Source: Malacoraja senta
Lineage: Eukaryota
NCBI GenBank assembly: GCA_038087875.1
Contig: JAXLNO010000065.1
Span: 186,001-250,000 of the forward strand
Direction of reading: 5' to 3'
Length of the DNA: 64,000 nucleotides
In this document: in pieces, positions 59,882 to 64,000 of the stretch
How positions within the stretch are numbered: the first letter of the stretch is position 1
Layout: each line of letters starts with the position of its first letter
Notes under the pieces: model-generated
Databases searched by the model: none
Seen by the model: only the letters and a program-made list of their open reading frames with translations
Told to the model about the DNA's origin: nothing
Program-made: the position numbers and the translations under genes

Positions 59882-60212
59882 ACAGTGGCGCAGTGGTAGA
59901 GTTGTTGCCTTACAGTGCCAGAGACCCAGCTTTGATCCTTAGTACTGGTGCCGTCTGTATGGAGTTTTTACATTCTCCCTCTGACCGCGTGGGTTTCTTC
60001 CAGCTTCCAAAGACTCTAGTTTCCAAAGACTCCAGTTTCCAAAGACTCCAGTTTGCTCCAGTTTCTTCCTACTTTCCAAAGACGTGCAGGATTGTAGGTT
60101 AATTTGCTTCTGTAAATTATCCCAAGTGTGTAGGATAGTATGGGTGATCGCTGGTCGGCATCGACTCAAAGGGCCGAAGTGCCTGTTTCCACACTGTATC
60201 TTTAAACTAAAC
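59882..60212 (+). mobile_element. V-domain SINE with an internal 16-bp triplication (ttccaaagactccagt)
   Basis: A box tggcgcagtggt, V core, tail; tandem copies at ~60004-60052. Confidence 0.85.
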
Positions 60213-60973
60213 TGATCCAGAATAAGCACCTGGTGTTCAAATATTGGGAGTAGATTGTCTGACTAATCCCCAATAAAGGATTTATTTACCATTATCTCCA
60301 ACCATAATTTACGGCATCAAAAGAGAGATTAGTGCTCACAAAACAGGCCGGAATTAGGAAATGCTGGAGTAACTCAGCGGGACAGGCAGCATCTCTGGAT
60401 AGAAGGAATGGGTGACGTTTCGGGTCGAGACCCTTCTTCATACCTGAAACGTCACCCACTCCTTCTGTCCAGAGATGCTGCCTGTCCCACTGAATTAGAG
60501 AGTTATAAAGTGATATAGCATAGAAACGGGCCCTTCGGCCCAACTTGTCCACACCAGCCAACATGTCCCAGCTACATTAGTCCCATGTGCCCATTAACTA
60601 GCATTTTGTGACTGTCTTCAGTATAAACCAGCATCTGCAGTTCCTTCGTACACATTGCTTTATGTTTGTTCAGCTGCATTAAAAACGTCTTTGTTGGCCT
60701 ACACTGAGGACTCAAAAGGTGATAAAAATGTGATAAAAGGTGATGTATATGTTTCCATCTTGTGGAATTATTAAAGATAAACCAAGATAGGCCACATCTT
60801 CATTGAGCCAAATTCAGACTCAAGTGGACACCAGAAAATCTGACGAAACACAAAGGAGGAGGGCAAAGACTTGGTGTAAGAAGTAGATTCCAAGTTACAT
60901 GAAGGAGAAGCGAGGAAGAGAGGTTTGTGGAGGCAATTTCTGACCTTGGAGCCCAGGCAGCTAAAAGCACAGT

Positions 60974-61109
60974 GGTCAAGAGTCCAGAGTGTTTTATTGT
61001 CACATGCCCCAAATAGAACGATGAAATTCTTACTTGCAGCAGCAAAACAGCTTATGGTAAATGTAGTACTATGTAAACAAAATAATAAATGAAAAATAAA
61101 ATTGGTGTA

Positions 61110-61171
<62 letters not shown>

Positions 61172-61225
61172 TAAATATAAATATAAATATAAATATATAT
61201 CTATATATATATATATAAATATATA
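60974..61225 (-). mobile_element. Rex1/Babar-type 3' UTR with a (TA)n tract
   Basis: gagtgttttattgtcacatg..gaaattcttacttgcagcagca is the reverse complement of the 33790-33860 tail. Confidence 0.75.
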
Positions 61226-61565
61226 TCTATTATCATATAAAACTCTGTGGCTGCCATCCGTCCATCCGTCTGTCCGCCTGCTTGACTTGTGCCACCCAGC
61301 CCCTTTGATACCGCCCCAGGCCCACACAGCGCCCATATTTTTCACCATTTCCAAAGAGATGACATTTATCTTTACGAATAGCCACTCCTGATTAAATTGG
61401 GTCGTGTTTATGCACACGTTTTTAAAATAAAATCCATCCCCCCCCCCCACCCCCACTCGATTTTCTCCGATTTTCTCCGAAAACGACGCCATCTTTTGTT
61501 CGCCGATTTTCTCCGAAAACGACGCCATCTTTGTTTCGCCGATTTTCACCCCGGGGTCTGAAATC
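61226..61565 (+). mobile_element. Helitron/Helentron-like 5' fragment
   Basis: Begins A|TCTATTATCATATAAAAC, followed by a (CCGT/CCAT/CTGT) microsatellite as in DINE/HINE-type elements. No 3' CTAG end was found. Confidence 0.45.
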
Positions 61566-62884
61566 TATATATAAAGGTTTACAAGCTTACAACATGATAA
61601 ATATAATAAACTTTAAAAAAGTTTAGTATATATATAAACACGCTGAACTTTTTAAAAGTTTATTATATTTATCATGTTGTGAGTTTGTAAATGACCCCTA
61701 ATGTATAGGATAGGGTACAGGTGCTCATTGGTTGGTGTGGGTCGAAGGGCCTGTTTCCATGCCATATCTCTTAACTAAACTAAACTAAACTAAACCTCCT
61801 CCCTCGACAAAGGTCTGGGGCTGAACGTGCAAACAATGTGACCATCCCAAGGTGGCCAGCTGAGAACATGTGGAGCCAGAGCACTGGAGTCAATCAGCTG
61901 GGATGGTTCAATATTCTCAGCCTGGCTCGCTTGCTCCAGAGTCTAGAGTCTTGGGCCCATTCCATTCTGACCCAGAAGCTAGAGGCTGCACCCCCTGAGC
62001 TTTGCCTGCCATCTCAACATTCGACTTGTATGAAAGCATTTGGATTCAAGCTGCATCTTTCATGAGCTCAGAATATTCCAAAAGGTTTTACCGTCAACAA
62101 CGGTTAAGGGAGCCTGGTGTGATGGACTTCATGGAGTCTGCAGAGTTTGTAAGTGCCCACATGGCAAAGGTTGTCTCAATCAATGTCTGCTGTCTTCTGG
62201 AGAGAGGCTACACACATACCAACATTTACGTGGAGATCTAAATGTAGAGATGTTTCTAAGGCACGTAGTGTATGTGTTTACACACTGTGCTAATCCAGAT
62301 TCAAAGACAAAGTTGTTTCATTGTGAAGCTAACAAAGGTTCATTTAAAATTCAATTTAAGCGTCCTATTTAAAATTTCATACGAGGAAGGAATGATAAGA
62401 GTTTTTCAGTTTGAAGCTTCTGTCTTGGTGCCGACACATGCAGATGACAAAATGGAGCATTTCAATGAGATTCGCCTCAATGTGTCAAGTGCTGTGAGCA
62501 GATGAAAGGAGATTTGCCGAACATTTTCTTGTGATGAATGCAATTAAAAGCACAGAGGCTTGTCTCAGTGCAGTGCTTCATCACGTCTCACAGAAACACC
62601 TCAAAGTGCTTTGTGTCCGGTGCAGCATCTGAGAGAACTGGGCTTGTCATGTCCTTGAACATTTGCTGCATTGTACATACCCACAGAAAGATTTGGGGTG
62701 GGCGAGTAGTTAATCTGTTATCAATGGTGTTAATTGGAGGAGGAATATCAGGCAGAAAACCTGGTGCGTGTGTGTTGCAAAGTAGATTGAGGGGGAATAA
62801 AAGATGGATGAGGGTCCATTAATAATGTACAGTGACCTGCGGAGCATTAACCAACGGCCTGTAATACTATCACACCCAAATAAT

Positions 62885-63100
62885 TCATAAGACATAGGAA
62901 CAGAATTAGGCCATTTGGCCCATCGTCTGCTTCGCAGTTAGACTTGGCACGTTCTTCATTAGTACAGGTGTCAGGGTTTATGAGGAGAAGGCAGGAGAAT
63001 GGGATTGAGAGGGAAAGATAGATCAGTCATGATTGAATGACAGAGTAGACTTGATGGGCCGAATGGCCTAATTCTGCTCCTATAACTTATGAACTTATGA
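62885..63100. mobile_element. CR1-type 3' tails, inverted pair
   Basis: cataggaacagaattaggccatt.. is followed by ..aatggcctaattctgctcctata. Confidence 0.65.
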
Positions 63101-64000
63101 AAGATACATGTTCACAGATAAATGAGAGGCAATTTAAGAAAAACAAAAACGACATGAAATGGAGAGCGATTTCCCTGACCTGCTGAGTATTTCCAATGTT
63201 TATTTCTGATTCTGTGGAGGTGAATGGATGGGCGACATTTCAGGTTGGGATCTCTCTTTAGACTCAAGACTAACAGTCTAAAGAAAGGTCTCTACCCGAC
63301 ATGTGGCCTATGCATTCCCACTTGACCTTCTGAGTTACTCCAGCACTTAGTGTCTTGCTCAATATTCCAGCATCTGCAGTTCCTCGTGTCTCCAAGTGCA
63401 AGAGCTAGGATGTTTTGCCAAACCTTCACAGAATGGTGGGCCTCAGGTGGGGAAGAGGTTGGAAACAAAGGGCAGTAGAAAGGAATGTAACCTCTTCACA
63501 TGTTTGGGTTAAGACTCAACAGGGAAGAGATGCTTTCAGAGCTGGTGGAAGTTAGTGGCACCGTTCATGAAATAGACATGTTCCAAATGGGTACTGGCGC
63601 ATCATCAAGATAGTGGTCAATGTAACAGAGAAGGAGTTGGTGATTGGTGTTGGAGAAAGCTTGGAACAAAGACTGTTCCATGTAATTAATGAGGAGAAAG
63701 AGCTGGGGCCCATGTTCTTCTTCCACCAAACCTATCTCTTCCTTTCTTGACTCCAACCTTTCTCCTCTACTTCTTTCTCATCACAATTTCCACCATTGAC
63801 TTTAGAAACCCTGACAGTTTCTAATTTCTCTTCTCTCATTTAAATCCTCCAGTTCTAGATTCCCTTGCTCTAGATTCTGACTATACTCCCCCCCCCCCCC
63901 CCATCATCATTTTATAAACCTCTATAATGTCATCCACCAGCCTCTGACATTCCAATGAGAATGAACACAGCCTATCCAATCTCTCTGTGTAACTACAGCC

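Noticed and set aside
57081..64000. Next PBX exon (ACNEFTTHVMNLLREQ...)
   Set aside because: Not found by eye or in the ORF track; presumably beyond the window. Upstream exons 1-2 were also not seen.

Overview
Eukaryotic, repeat-dense vertebrate DNA. The repeat families (V-domain tRNA-SINE, CR1, Rex1/Babar, L2, Penelope-like) suggest a cartilaginous fish, probably a skate or ray; this is an inference. The only host coding sequence I can support is one 251-bp internal exon (56830-57080, +) of a PBX TALE-homeobox gene, matching PBX1-type exon 3. The window is therefore most likely the distal part of the long intron 2, exon 3, and the start of intron 3. Nearly all other ORFs in the track are transposon remnants or low-complexity artefacts. 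Main non-obvious features: (1) a ~22 kb, highly diverged 32-bp tandem array whose unit carries PBX-like and CCAAT motifs; (2) a 1388-bp antisense solo LTR (TG..CA, 4-bp TSD) with CCAAT/TATA/Inr/AATAAA, a TAR-like hairpin at the start of R, and a very long U3 with possible decayed coding sequence; (3) many Penelope pseudo-LTRs carrying minimal hammerhead-ribozyme cores; (4) a Helitron-like element carrying two complete sense-strand Pol II promoter plus splice-donor cassettes; (5) Harbinger-like MITEs, two of them inserted at the same SINE position. Repeat boundaries were read by eye and are approximate unless termini or TSDs are quoted.
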